DNA of 64,000 bases from an uncultured Prevotella sp. (GTDB lineage: Bacteria; Bacteroidota; Bacteroidia; Bacteroidales; Bacteroidaceae). Below, one piece after another: positions 8,335 to 18,559 of this stretch (position 1 is the first letter of the stretch; the number at the start of each line of letters is the position of its first letter). The stretch covers positions 1,853-65,852 of the forward strand of contig CALZJQ010000002.1 in the NCBI GenBank assembly GCA_945787895.1, in the 5' to 3' direction. Position numbers and translations under genes: made by a program. The notes under the pieces are model-generated. The model saw only the letters and a list, made by a program, of their open reading frames with translations. It had not been told where the DNA came from and made no database searches.

Positions 8335-9297
8335 TCAGAGGTTAAACCCGATATTTACCATCAGACTTGAGGAACTGACATGATATTTTGCATAAGAAAC
8401 ATGAATGTTGAAGCGGTCAATGGCAATGCCGGCACCAAAGGAAAGTCCTGCTCCGTGGCTGCTCTCTTCATCCCCGAAATCATTGTCGGCAGACACTATC
8501 GACATCTGGTGAGAGCGTCGGAGACTATATCCTGCCGCAAGATATATCTGATGTGAAAGTATAAGGTCGGCTCCTATCGTGAGATGGCGGAAGAAGGAAT
8601 AATCCCAGTGGGTCAGATCCGTCGCCGTGACACTGAGCCGAAGGGGCATTCCTGTCAGCCTCTTTGATATTCCAGCCTGCAGGTCGGCAGGCATTTTCTC
8701 ATAGTCCTCATTGTATGCGCTCAACTGCCCTCCGAGGTTTTTCGCCACTACAGAAACTGACAGTTCCCTTTCTTCGTCATAATAATTCAGTCCAAGGTCA
8801 ACGGCAGCGGCCGTACTATGGTAACCGGCGATGGAAGAATAGAGGAAACGTGCCGTCACTCCTCCAGTGAGACGCTCCGCAAGGCGATGTGACAACGTGG
8901 CGCTGAGAGAGAAGTCAGAAGCGTTGAAGTCGCCTGTGACATTGCCGTCAGCGTCCGTCTCCTTCATCGTGCCATAATTGAGATATTGCGCCGAGACCCC
9001 TGCCACAGCCTTTTCACCCACATGAAACGCATAGCCTGCCGAGTAAGCACCCACACCGCTCATGTAGTTCATGTACCCCAACGAAACGCTACGGTCAGAG
9101 ACATTCTGCAAAAGGGCTGGATTATGGTGCATCAAGGCCGCATCATCCTCAATGACAGTGATATTCTCCCCTCCCAAGGATGAAGCATGCGAACTGACTG
9201 GAAGCCGCAGAAAGTTGTAAACAGTCTGCGACTCTTGTGCCGATGCAAAATGCCATGACAAGGCAAGAAAGAGAAAAAATATACCTTTTTTCATCAT
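8335..9297 (-). CDS. porQ: Type IX secretion system protein PorQ
   Basis: Start MMKKG with signal peptide; YNFLRLPVSSHASSLGGENIT…NPALL N-terminus; beta-barrel ending in F-N-L. Confidence 0.8.
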   Translation of the reverse strand: MMKKGIFFLFLALSWHFASAQESQTVYNFLRLPVSSHASSLGGENITVIEDDAALMHHNPALLQNVSDRSVSLGYMNYMSGVGAYSAGYAFHVGEKAVAGVSAQYLNYGTMKETDADGNVTGDFNASDFSLSATLSHRLAERLTGGVTARFLYSSIAGYHSTAAAVDLGLNYYDEERELSVSVVAKNLGGQLSAYNEDYEKMPADLQAGISKRLTGMPLRLSVTATDLTHWDYSFFRHLTIGADLILSHQIYLAAGYSLRRSHQMSIVSADNDFGDEESSHGAGLSFGAGIAIDRFNIHVSYAKYHVSSSSLMVNIGFNL

Positions 9298-9316
9298 TTT
9301 TATGGAAAAATATGGG

Positions 9317-9355
9317 CAAAGATAGCACTTTTTTCCAATATCCTTACTAAATTTG
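9317..9355. promoter_or_regulatory. Divergent Bacteroidota -7 boxes for porQ and tonB
   Basis: TATCTTTG on the minus strand (9317-9324), TAAATTTG on the plus strand (9348-9355). Confidence 0.6.
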
Positions 9356-9470
9356 CACTTGAATTTTATAAAAGAACGAAAAAAACATCCTTTTATTGTA
9401 TTTCCGCCTTGAGACAATCCATGTTCCGAATGGCGGTAAACGTACACTCACGCAGTGACTGACATACAAG

Positions 9471-10163
9471 ATGGAAATCAAGAAATCAAGAAAAGCCGAC
9501 CTTGAACGCTGGCGTCCGCTGATGTTCCTTGCAGGTATAGTAATCACAATAACTGCATTTTTCCTTATCCTTGAGATTAAGGTGCTGGCTGACGTTATCG
9601 CTTCCAAAAAGGATAACGACGACATTGCCATGGACCTGAACATCAAGCCAAAGGATGACAGGGACCTCATCTCAGCCGCCGAGAAGAAAGAAAAAACAGA
9701 AAAGCAGGAGAAAGCCGACAGGCTCAACAAGGTAGATTACGTTACGGAAGTGCCGCCCGAGATACTCGAACAGATTCGCTTTGAGCCTAATAAGGAAGAA
9801 GTAGAAGAGCTCGAGGAAGAAGAACCTATCAATCTCAACGACGATGACCCAGAGACACTGCGCATAGTGCAGGAACTGCCACAATTTCCTGGAGGAATGG
9901 TAGAATTTATGAAATGGTTGACAAAGAACCTGCGCTATCCTCCTTCTGCGCTTCGCAATAAGATAGAGGGCAAAGTGATGATTAGTTTCATAGTGAATAC
10001 TGATGGTTCACTGAGTAATATGAAAATAGAAAGTTCTGACCACAAAGCCCTTGCCGATGAGGCAATGAGAGTAGCACGACTGATGCCAAAATGGACACCA
10101 GGAAAAGACCATGGGAAAATATGCCGCACAAAGATTGCAATTCCTATCGTCTTTGCATTTTAG
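9471..10163 (+). CDS. tonB: Energy transducer TonB
   Basis: MEIKKSRKADLE N-terminus, one TM helix, acidic linker, TonB_C (PQFPGG…LRYP…IEGKVMISFIV…MPKWTPG). Confidence 0.9.
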   Translation: MEIKKSRKADLERWRPLMFLAGIVITITAFFLILEIKVLADVIASKKDNDDIAMDLNIKPKDDRDLISAAEKKEKTEKQEKADRLNKVDYVTEVPPEILEQIRFEPNKEEVEELEEEEPINLNDDDPETLRIVQELPQFPGGMVEFMKWLTKNLRYPPSALRNKIEGKVMISFIVNTDGSLSNMKIESSDHKALADEAMRVARLMPKWTPGKDHGKICRTKIAIPIVFAF

Positions 10164-10292
10164 CATACTGCTTTCTCATAAAAAGCAATCCCCTCCTTTG
10201 TCATAAAGACCACAGACAGCTCGCTTTTCTTTCATTTACATTGCATAAAAGGACTGACCTAATACCGTAGAAACACTATATACACCTACTCG

Positions 10293-13200
10293 ATGAACAA
10301 GCTACTGACTACCCTACTACTGACTATCGTCGCCTTCACCGCCACCTCAAAAGTAAGAGTGGCTAACCTTAGCATAGAAGGACGCAAGGACTGCCCGCTC
10401 GGCATTGACGTAAAGACACCATCATTCGGTTGGCAAATCATAGCCGATGACCAGGAATATTCCGTTCGACAGACAAGATACCACATCCTCGTGGCATCTT
10501 CAGAGAGACTTCTGATAGAAAACAAAGGGGATATTTGGGAGAATATTGTCGCTACAGACCAGTCGCAATGGATAGACTATTGTGGCAAAAGCCTTGTCCC
10601 CAACAGAAAATATTGGTGGAAAGTAAAGGTGGAGTACACGTATTCCACACAAAACGACAGCAAGAAAGCAAGGACGGAATGGACAGAATGGAGCGAACCC
10701 GCTTCATGGAGCATGGGACTGATGGATGCCGGAAGATGGAAAGGTTACTGGATAGGCATGGACCGCGCCAGCGAATGGGACCGTGAAGACGAGCATTCCA
10801 GACTGTCAGCACGATATTTCCGACGCACTTTCCTCACGCCCTCCCCTGTACGCAGAGCTACCCTTCACATCTGCGGATTAGGGCTCTACGAGGCTTACCT
10901 CGACGGAAAACGGATTGACCGGGCGACCGACAATGAAGACACAAGGCTCAATGACATCGTACTCACTCCCGCTCCTACGGATTACCGCAAAAGCATCATC
11001 TACAACACGTATGACGTAACGACACTGCTGGACGGACCCGGCTCCGCACACTGCCTTGCGGTAACCGTAAGCAACGGCCGCTACTATACCATGCAGCAGA
11101 ACAAGAAGAAATACAAGATAACCAATTTCGGCTATCCCTGCCTCAAGGCTAACCTCATTATCGAATACGCTGACGGCAAGACGGAGACTATCGCCACGGA
11201 TGAAAAGAAATGGAAACTGAATGTTGATGGTGCTATAAGGTCGGCTAACGAATATGACGGAGAGATATACGATGCGAGAAAGCAATTCGGGAACGATGCA
11301 AAAGCATGGACTTTACCTGAGTATGACGATTCTTCATGGCAACTGGCTGAGCGTTCTGCCATTCCCACAGGCAACCTCACCGGCAACCTCACTCCCCCGA
11401 TGCGCATTCTTGACACCTTGGACGTAAAGGAAATTGCCACGCACAACGATGCCCTTGTCATGGATTTCGGTCAGAACTTTGCTGGCTGGGCCCGGATAAA
11501 CACGGCTGCCTGCGGAATGGAAGAGGGCGACACGCTACGCATCAGATATGCCGAAAGACTCGACAATGACGGTTCACTATATACAGCTAACCTCCGTCAC
11601 GCAGAATCAACAGACTATTACGTCGCTGACGGCAAGACGGACGCTTGGTGGTCTCCACGTTTCACCACGCATGGAGGAAGATACATAGAGGTGTGCATCC
11701 TCACGAAAAAGGGACTCCGTCGTTGCCCTGAATTGACAGGAAAGGACATCAAGGGAGAAGTAGTGAGCGACGACATGAAGCGCACGGGACATTTCTCTTG
11801 CGGAAACACCGTGCTCAACCGACTGATAAGGAATGCTTTCTGGGGCATATTGAGCAACTATAAGGGGATGCCTATCGACTGTCCGCAGCGAGATGAACGA
11901 CAGCCTTGGCTCGGCGACCGTACCATGGGGTGCTGGGGAGAGAGCTATCTCCTGCATAATGAAGCCCTTTACTATAAATGGATAAAAGACATCACTGAGG
12001 CGCAACTGAGCAATGGCTGCATACCTGACGTTGCGCCTGCCTATTGGAACTACTATTCAGACAACGTGACTTGGCCTGCAGTCATCGTCACAGCGTCGGA
12101 AATGCTCTACAGTCAGTATGGGGACACAAGGGCAATAGAGGAGTTCTACCCGCAAATGTACAAATGGCTCACACATATCTGGGAGACAAAACGTGACAAA
12201 AACAACGGACTTGTCAAGGCTGACAAATACGGTGACTGGTGCGTCACACCGGAATCACCATCACTCATCCACTCGCAAGACCCGGAAAGAAAGACCGAAG
12301 GACCTCTCATCGCCTCGTGTTACGTGTATCATCTCGCAGGAATCATGAAGTCATTTGCCGGGATTCTCATGGAGAAGGCCGGGAAAGAGGAGATGGAGTT
12401 TGCCCGCCGCGGATTGTCTCCTCTCGTGCTTGCCGGCGACACCTTATTATATAATGGCATTCGGGAAGAAATGAAGAAAGCGATAAACAGGACTTATCTC
12501 GTAGTAAAACCCGGCACTTCTGCCGTCACGCTCAGAGGCACCGCAGGTGCTCCGCAGCATCCTCTCTACCCCGACTCTGTCTATTACTCCAACAATGCAC
12601 TGACTGCCAACCTCCTTCCGCTTGCCTTCGGCATAGTGCCCAAGCAGTATGAGGAGGTTATCACCAACCAGATTCTTGCCAAACTGCTCCTTAACCCTGC
12701 CAACGGACACCTTTGTTGCGGAGTCATCGGGGTGCAATGGCTTCTCACCGAACTGTCAAGGCGCAACCGCACTGACGTTGCCTACCTCCTTGCATCGCAG
12801 AAAGACTTTCCCTCATGGGGATATATGGCAGAACAGGGGGCTACTACAATCTGGGAACTGTGGAACGGTGACACCGCCGCACCTTCGATGAACTCGGGTA
12901 ATCACGTAATGCTTCTCGGAGACCTCGTCCCCTGGATGTTCCGCGACCTTGGCGGCATCGCTCCTTCCACGGCAGGATACAAGCGCATACGCCTTGCTCC
13001 CCGCTGGGAACTGGAAGAACTGAGCCACGCCGAAGCCTCATACGAATGCCCTTACGGACTGATTTCTTCATCATGGAGGAAGTCGCTTACGCATCTACAC
13101 TGGGAGATTTCCATTCCCTGCAACACGGAAGCGGAGGTGGTAATGCCACACAAGACCGTCATTCTCGGCTCCGGGCATTACGTCATTGATGAGTCATTGC

Positions 13201-14378
13201 CCTTGCAGACCCGTCCTGCATGCGAGATCCCGGACAGGGAAATGAAAGTCACGTCCAATGAATTTCTGTACGAAAAGGCTGACTTCCCCTCTTGTCACGC
13301 TGCCACCATCGCAGAATTGACCAACGGCGACCTGCTCACCGCCTACTTTGGAGGTAAGCGCGAAGGCAGTCCCGACGTATGTATCTACACTCAGAGGAAG
13401 CGTCTCATAAAACGTGACGCAAGGCATGGCAACGTCTATGAAGACGGTTGGTCTGCTCCTGTAAGGGTGGCTGACGGCATATTGAACGACTCTTTACGGA
13501 AGGCTTGCTACAATCCGGTACTATTTCAGGTTCCCGGAGGCGACCTTCTGCTCCATTATAAGATAGGAAAAGACGTGAGAGACTGGACCGGCTATCAGAT
13601 GAGAAGCAGCGACAATGGGCATACATGGTCGTCACAACGTGACTCTATCCCTGCAATGGCCGGCGTATGTCCTGACTCACTACTCGGTGCGATAAAGAAT
13701 CAACCCGTCTTCCTGCCCAAAGGTTTCAGATGCAAGAACGGCAGAATATTGCAAAAGGACAGAATCATCGCTCCTACAAGCAAGGAGACAGCCTTTGCTT
13801 CCAAGACGAAACCGGGGCAATGGCGATGCTATATGGAGATTTCCGAAGACGACGGGCATTCCTGGCGCATTACCGGAAAGGTGCCGCAGGACGACAATGT
13901 CTTCCGTACCATTCAGCCTGCACTGCTTGTCCACAGGGACGGCAGGCTACAGTTGCTTGCCCGTACGGCTCCCCCGAAGAAGCCCGAACTGAAGGACAAC
14001 GCCCGTGTGGCTACTTCATGGAGCGATGACGGCGGCGAGACGTGGTCGCAAATGGAGTTTGTCCCTGACCTTCCAAACAACAATTCCGGTCTCGATGCCG
14101 TGACACTTCCCGACGGTTCCTTTGCCGTCATCTACAATCCTTTCGGCTGCGTGGATTGGAAGAAGAAGGAAGAGCCTGACAGAAACAAGCCCCTCCGCAA
14201 TCCTCTTTGGATTTCCACGTCGTCAGACGGCATCCACTGGACGCCGCAGATTATGCTCGAAACCTCCCCCATCAGCCAATATTCCTACCCTTCCATGATA
14301 GTCGGCAGCGACGGTACCCTTCACTGCGTCTATACATGGCGACGTGAAAGGGTGAAGTATCAGAGGGTGGAAGACTGA
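10293..14378 (+). CDS. GH78 alpha-L-rhamnosidase fused to a C-terminal BNR/GH33 sialidase-like domain
   Basis: [40 protein letters not shown] (GH78); Asp-boxes [26 protein letters not shown] and QYSYPS (BNR_2). Confidence 0.9.
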   Translation: MNKLLTTLLLTIVAFTATSKVRVANLSIEGRKDCPLGIDVKTPSFGWQIIADDQEYSVRQTRYHILVASSERLLIENKGDIWENIVATDQSQWIDYCGKSLVPNRKYWWKVKVEYTYSTQNDSKKARTEWTEWSEPASWSMGLMDAGRWKGYWIGMDRASEWDREDEHSRLSARYFRRTFLTPSPVRRATLHICGLGLYEAYLDGKRIDRATDNEDTRLNDIVLTPAPTDYRKSIIYNTYDVTTLLDGPGSAHCLAVTVSNGRYYTMQQNKKKYKITNFGYPCLKANLIIEYADGKTETIATDEKKWKLNVDGAIRSANEYDGEIYDARKQFGNDAKAWTLPEYDDSSWQLAERSAIPTGNLTGNLTPPMRILDTLDVKEIATHNDALVMDFGQNFAGWARINTAACGMEEGDTLRIRYAERLDNDGSLYTANLRHAESTDYYVADGKTDAWWSPRFTTHGGRYIEVCILTKKGLRRCPELTGKDIKGEVVSDDMKRTGHFSCGNTVLNRLIRNAFWGILSNYKGMPIDCPQRDERQPWLGDRTMGCWGESYLLHNEALYYKWIKDITEAQLSNGCIPDVAPAYWNYYSDNVTWPAVIVTASEMLYSQYGDTRAIEEFYPQMYKWLTHIWETKRDKNNGLVKADKYGDWCVTPESPSLIHSQDPERKTEGPLIASCYVYHLAGIMKSFAGILMEKAGKEEMEFARRGLSPLVLAGDTLLYNGIREEMKKAINRTYLVVKPGTSAVTLRGTAGAPQHPLYPDSVYYSNNALTANLLPLAFGIVPKQYEEVITNQILAKLLLNPANGHLCCGVIGVQWLLTELSRRNRTDVAYLLASQKDFPSWGYMAEQGATTIWELWNGDTAAPSMNSGNHVMLLGDLVPWMFRDLGGIAPSTAGYKRIRLAPRWELEELSHAEASYECPYGLISSSWRKSLTHLHWEISIPCNTEAEVVMPHKTVILGSGHYVIDESLPLQTRPACEIPDREMKVTSNEFLYEKADFPSCHAATIAELTNGDLLTAYFGGKREGSPDVCIYTQRKRLIKRDARHGNVYEDGWSAPVRVADGILNDSLRKACYNPVLFQVPGGDLLLHYKIGKDVRDWTGYQMRSSDNGHTWSSQRDSIPAMAGVCPDSLLGAIKNQPVFLPKGFRCKNGRILQKDRIIAPTSKETAFASKTKPGQWRCYMEISEDDGHSWRITGKVPQDDNVFRTIQPALLVHRDGRLQLLARTAPPKKPELKDNARVATSWSDDGGETWSQMEFVPDLPNNNSGLDAVTLPDGSFAVIYNPFGCVDWKKKEEPDRNKPLRNPLWISTSSDGIHWTPQIMLETSPISQYSYPSMIVGSDGTLHCVYTWRRERVKYQRVED

Positions 14379-15058
14379 ACGTCCCTGACTTTTGCCATGA
14401 GCCAGGCATTCTGTTCGTCTATCGTCATCTCGCTGTTGTCAAGGAGAACGGCATCGGGAGCCTGGCGCAGCGGAGACACTTCACGGTGAGAATCCATGTA
14501 GTCACGCTCCTCCACATTCCTCAGGATTTCATCAAAGTCGGCAGGCATACCCTTTTCCTTCAGCTCATCATAGCGTCGCTGGGCCCTTACCCTTGCAGAT
14601 GCCGTGACAAAGACCTTCAGTTCTGCATCGGGGAAGACCGTAGTACCTATGTCACGGCCATCCATCACGATACCTTTCTCTGCTCCCATTCGGCGCTGTT
14701 GCTCCACCATGGCCTCGCGGACGAAAGGTATGGCAGCCACCTTGCTCACATTATTGCTTACTTCGATGCTTCTTATCACCTGCTCTACACATTCCCCGTT
14801 GAGGTAAGCATCCGGACGACCCGACGCTTCATTGTATCTGAAACTGACATTCACCTCGTCCATGAGTGCTTGCAGACGGACAGTGTTTACCTGGCCGTCA
14901 TCGAGGAAAAGTCCGTTACGCATGACAAAAAGCGTCACAGTGCGATACATGGCTCCAGTATCGACATAAATATATCCGAGCTGACGCGCCAATTCCTTTG
15001 CCATTGTGCTCTTTCCGCATGAGGAATGTCCGTCGATTGCTATTGTTATCTTTTTCAT
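14360..15058 (-). CDS. cmk: Cytidylate kinase
   Basis: [34 protein letters not shown]. Confidence 0.96.
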   Translation of the reverse strand: MKKITIAIDGHSSCGKSTMAKELARQLGYIYVDTGAMYRTVTLFVMRNGLFLDDGQVNTVRLQALMDEVNVSFRYNEASGRPDAYLNGECVEQVIRSIEVSNNVSKVAAIPFVREAMVEQQRRMGAEKGIVMDGRDIGTTVFPDAELKVFVTASARVRAQRRYDELKEKGMPADFDEILRNVEERDYMDSHREVSPLRQAPDAVLLDNSEMTIDEQNAWLMAKVRDVQSSTL

Positions 15059-15082
15059 TGTTTCTGTTATTAAGCAATGGTC

Positions 15083-15943
15083 TTATTCATTTTTCTTTTG
15101 TAAAAGGGCGGTGGCTACCTGTTCCATCAGCCATTTCGGAGTGCTGGTAGCCCCACATATCCCTATGCTTTCTGCATTGGAAAGCCATGAAGGGTCTATT
15201 TCTTCAGGACCTTCTATGAGATAGGTGCGGGGATTGTTTTCCCTGCAGGCATTGAAAAGCACCTTTCCGTTGCTGCTCTTTCTTCCTGAGACGAAGAGGA
15301 TGATGTCGTGCTTTGTGGCAAAGCTGCAGATGTTCGGCATACGGTTGGCCACTTGCCTGCAAATGGTGTCAAAGCTCTTGAACGTTGCTGACGGTGCGAT
15401 GTGCTTCTGGATATAGTCAATGATGGCATGAAACTCATCCAGAGACTTCGTGGTCTGCGAATAGAGATAAATGTCACGGGAGAAATCCAGCGTCTTCACT
15501 TCGTCCGTATGCTCTATGACAATAGCCTTCTGGTGCGTCTGACCGACAAGTCCCAGCACCTCTGCATGACCGTTCTTTCCAAATATCACTATTTGTGCAT
15601 CGGGGTTTGCATCCGACTGTTTCTTTATCCTCCGTTGCAGTTGGAGCACTACGGGGCAGGTGGCATCGATGATTTCAATGCCATTGTTCTGCGCTTGGGA
15701 GTAAGTGGAAGGCGGTTCTCCGTGGGCACGAAGGAGGACTTTCTTACCTCTCAGCCGTGAAAACTCCTCATGATTGATGGTTTTCAGTCCCATGTTGTGA
15801 AGGCGTTCACACTCCATGCCGTTGTGTACGATGTCTCCAAGGCAGTAGAGGTCAGAACCTTTTTCCAGTTCTTCCTCAGCCTTTTTTATTGCAGTAGTGA
15901 CTCCAAAGCAGAAGCCCGAGCCTTCATCAATCTCTATTCTCAT
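15083..15943 (-). CDS. ispH: 4-hydroxy-3-methylbut-2-enyl diphosphate reductase
   Basis: GFCFGV, IVHN, RAHG, DATCP, SQTT, DTIC, SSN, GATSTP; start MRIEID. Confidence 0.96.
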   Translation of the reverse strand: MRIEIDEGSGFCFGVTTAIKKAEEELEKGSDLYCLGDIVHNGMECERLHNMGLKTINHEEFSRLRGKKVLLRAHGEPPSTYSQAQNNGIEIIDATCPVVLQLQRRIKKQSDANPDAQIVIFGKNGHAEVLGLVGQTHQKAIVIEHTDEVKTLDFSRDIYLYSQTTKSLDEFHAIIDYIQKHIAPSATFKSFDTICRQVANRMPNICSFATKHDIILFVSGRKSSNGKVLFNACRENNPRTYLIEGPEEIDPSWLSNAESIGICGATSTPKWLMEQVATALLQKKNE

Positions 15944-15951
15944 TTTTTTTT

Positions 15952-16076
15952 GCGGTTTTACGGTTTTCTCTACGGTTATGTGGTTTTGCGGTTTTACGGA
16001 GGTTTGAAGAGGCTGGTTGTAACTTCCGCACAACCTTATAACCTTACAACCTTATAACCCAATAACCTTATAACCG
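15952..16076. repeat. Family B octamer-armed palindromic element
   Basis: CGGTTTTA/CGGTTATG arms, core GGAGGTTTGAAGAGGCTGGTTGTAACTTCC, AACCTTAT arms. Confidence 0.85.
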
Positions 16077-16088
16077 TTTGGTTCGGTT

Positions 16089-17192
16089 TTAAGGTTTCTG
16101 GAAACCTTTGAAATAATCATCAAGGAGCGAATATGCAGCCGTAAAACTGGTCTTTTCTCCGTTCTGTACACTGCGCTCTGCCTCTTCAAGCATGGATGCG
16201 ATGCGTGGGTCGTTGTAGAAACTGTTCCTCAGTCTTGCATCTATAGTCTCATACATCCAGTATTTGTTCTGCAACTGACGACGCACGCTGAAATAGCCGT
16301 TTTGCCTTACGAAGTCGATGTATTCATAAATCATGTCCCACACCTCCTTGACACCATTGCCGTAAAACCCTGAATAACAGAGCACCTTTGGCATCCATCC
16401 GCTTTCAGAAGCGGGGAAGAAATGCAGGGCATTGCGGAAGTTTGTGGCTGCCATGTGACACCTGTCCACATTGTCTCCATCGCACTTGTTTACTACAATA
16501 CCGTCAGCAATCTCCATGATACCACGCTTGATTCCCTGCAGTTCGTCACCGGTTCCTGCCACTTGTATGAGAAGAAAGAAATCTACCATTGAGTGGCAGG
16601 CAGTCTCACTCTGTCCCACTCCGACTGTTTCGATGAAAATCTTGTCGTAGCCAGCCGCCTCGCAGAGGATTACCGTCTCGCGTGTCTTCCGGGCCACGCC
16701 CCCGAGTGAGCCCGCTGACGGCGAAGGACGTATGAAAGCCTCCTTCCTCAGTGACAGTTTCTCCATGCGCGTCTTGTCACCAAGAATGCTTCCCTTACTC
16801 CTTTCAGACGACGGGTCAATGGCAAGGACTGCCAGTTTTCCTCCGTAAGTGTCAAGGACATGAGTGCCGAAAAGGTCAATGGAAGTGCTCTTTCCTGCCC
16901 CAGGTACGCCACTGATGCCTATACGTACAGACTTACCGCTGTAGGGAAGACATTTCTCTATCACCTCCTGTGCCTTTTTCTGATGCTCAGGATTGAGGCT
17001 CTCGACGAGAGTGACGGCCTTGGAAAGTATCGTGACATCCCCTCTGAGAATGCCTTCCACCATCTCATCGGCGGAATATTCCTTCTTGCGGAACCTTCCC
17101 CGCTTGAGATAAGGGTTGATGATTGACGGCTGTTCCACGCCGCTGTTTACTGTAAGTCCTGCAAACTCTGCGCTATTTTCCGGATGTTCCAT
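16089..17192 (-). CDS. meaB: Methylmalonyl-CoA mutase-associated GTPase
   Basis: GISGVPGAGKST, AIDPSS…GSILGDKTRM, ETVGVGQSE, GDELQGIKRGIME. Confidence 0.93.
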   Translation of the reverse strand: MEHPENSAEFAGLTVNSGVEQPSIINPYLKRGRFRKKEYSADEMVEGILRGDVTILSKAVTLVESLNPEHQKKAQEVIEKCLPYSGKSVRIGISGVPGAGKSTSIDLFGTHVLDTYGGKLAVLAIDPSSERSKGSILGDKTRMEKLSLRKEAFIRPSPSAGSLGGVARKTRETVILCEAAGYDKIFIETVGVGQSETACHSMVDFFLLIQVAGTGDELQGIKRGIMEIADGIVVNKCDGDNVDRCHMAATNFRNALHFFPASESGWMPKVLCYSGFYGNGVKEVWDMIYEYIDFVRQNGYFSVRRQLQNKYWMYETIDARLRNSFYNDPRIASMLEEAERSVQNGEKTSFTAAYSLLDDYFKGFQKP

Positions 17193-17198
17193 GTTTTT

Positions 17199-17326
17199 TC
17201 GGTTTTACGGTTATACGGTTATACGGAATATAGTTTTACGGTTTAAGGTTTTAAAGTTATGCAGAATATACCAATATCCTTCACAAACTTCCGTAAAACC
17301 GTATAACCGTAAAACCGCATAACCGT
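17199..17326. repeat. Family B octamer-armed palindromic element
   Basis: CGGTT(T/A)TA tandem left arm, TA(A/T)AACCG tandem right arm, divergent core ending AAACTTCCG. Confidence 0.8.
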
Positions 17327-17334
17327 AAATAAAA

Positions 17335-18399
17335 TCATTTCCTTATTTCTATGATGACTTTCTGTTGGTTCGGGTCATTGGTAATCATCAGCACGCGGGG
17401 GCGTGTCCTGACCTTTTTGAGTATGTCAGTATGTCCTGTTATCTTCATCTTCGTTGACTCCCCAGGCTTCAGTGAACGCTTGGGAAGGGTCAGTTCGAGT
17501 CCTTTCGTAAACATCTGGATGGCACTGATTTCAAGCATCGAATTGCCTTCATTTTTCAGCAGCACCGTCTTCTTCACTTTTTCTTTTCCCATTGCCTTGC
17601 TCATATCCACGGATTTTGCGGACAGGAACAACCTTGGAGCGTTGCGTATGTCGTCCTCACTCTGTGCAGTAAGTTCAGGAAGAAGTACTGATGAAACGAT
17701 GATTTCCTTGTCTTCAGACACGTTCTCACCCATGTTCTTGGAGAGATAGATGTTTGCCTGGTTGAGTCCGAGGAGCCGGAGATTCCGTGAGTTCATGGTA
17801 AGATGGAGCACTCCAGCCTGCTTTGGCCCGAGCGTCCGCGGCATGAACTCTGCACGGAGATAGGGCGGGAGGTGCATTACGACGGGAGTGACATATTGCC
17901 CCGTGGGATTCATAATGTGTATGTCCTGCGTGACCACGTCGCCTTTGTTTACGTCATCAAACTCGATTGCATCGACATCTGCGAGCAGCCCTCCGATGGA
18001 GTGCGGGTAATCTCCCGAGAAATTCTCCACTGTCGTCACCACATGACAACGGAACACGAGCTCCAGAGGCTTCTCGTCAGCATCACTCCACACAGAGACA
18101 GTGCGTGCGAAATGTCCGAGGATGCGAGAGTCGTAGGTCGTTTTCAGTTCAAACTGCTGTCCCGGTTCGATACTCTGTCGAGGGTATGAGGCACCGGTGC
18201 ATCCGCAACCAGTATCTACGGCCTTGACCTTCATCGGCTTTGTGCCTGTATTTTTCAGGACAAAGGTAGCAGTGGCAGGGACTTTCCATTTCACTTGTCC
18301 GAGATTTATTTCTGCATTCTTCGCCTGAAAACGCTGTGCCACCGCCATCAGTGGCATGAGCGCAAGGGATAATATTATTAGTTTCTTTGTCATATTCAT
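17335..18399 (-). CDS. DUF1573 domain protein (tandem Ig-like domains)
   Basis: Signal peptide; FVLKNTGTKP…TGCGCT…IEPGQ; C-terminal ITNDP. Confidence 0.85.
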   Translation of the reverse strand: MNMTKKLIILSLALMPLMAVAQRFQAKNAEINLGQVKWKVPATATFVLKNTGTKPMKVKAVDTGCGCTGASYPRQSIEPGQQFELKTTYDSRILGHFARTVSVWSDADEKPLELVFRCHVVTTVENFSGDYPHSIGGLLADVDAIEFDDVNKGDVVTQDIHIMNPTGQYVTPVVMHLPPYLRAEFMPRTLGPKQAGVLHLTMNSRNLRLLGLNQANIYLSKNMGENVSEDKEIIVSSVLLPELTAQSEDDIRNAPRLFLSAKSVDMSKAMGKEKVKKTVLLKNEGNSMLEISAIQMFTKGLELTLPKRSLKPGESTKMKITGHTDILKKVRTRPRVLMITNDPNQQKVIIEIRK

Positions 18400-18418
18400 T
18401 GGGGTTATGCGGTTTTAT

Positions 18419-18546
18419 TTTGTTGTTTTGTTGTTTTGTTGTTTTGTTGTTTAGTTATTTTGCTGTTTGTCTTCGCAAATGAGAAAAGCTATCAACAAAA
18501 CCACTAATCAACAAGACAACAAAACAACAAGAGTAACAACCAAACA
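18419..18546. repeat. Family A octamer-armed palindromic element
   Basis: Tandem TTGTTGTT arm; core 18465-18496 is the exact reverse complement of 1638-1669. Confidence 0.85.
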
Positions 18547-18559
18547 ATTCTGCGTTATC

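Noticed and set aside
14360-14378. Convergent overlap of GH78 and cmk as a regulatory device
   Set aside because: Short 3' overlaps are common, and nothing else supports a function.
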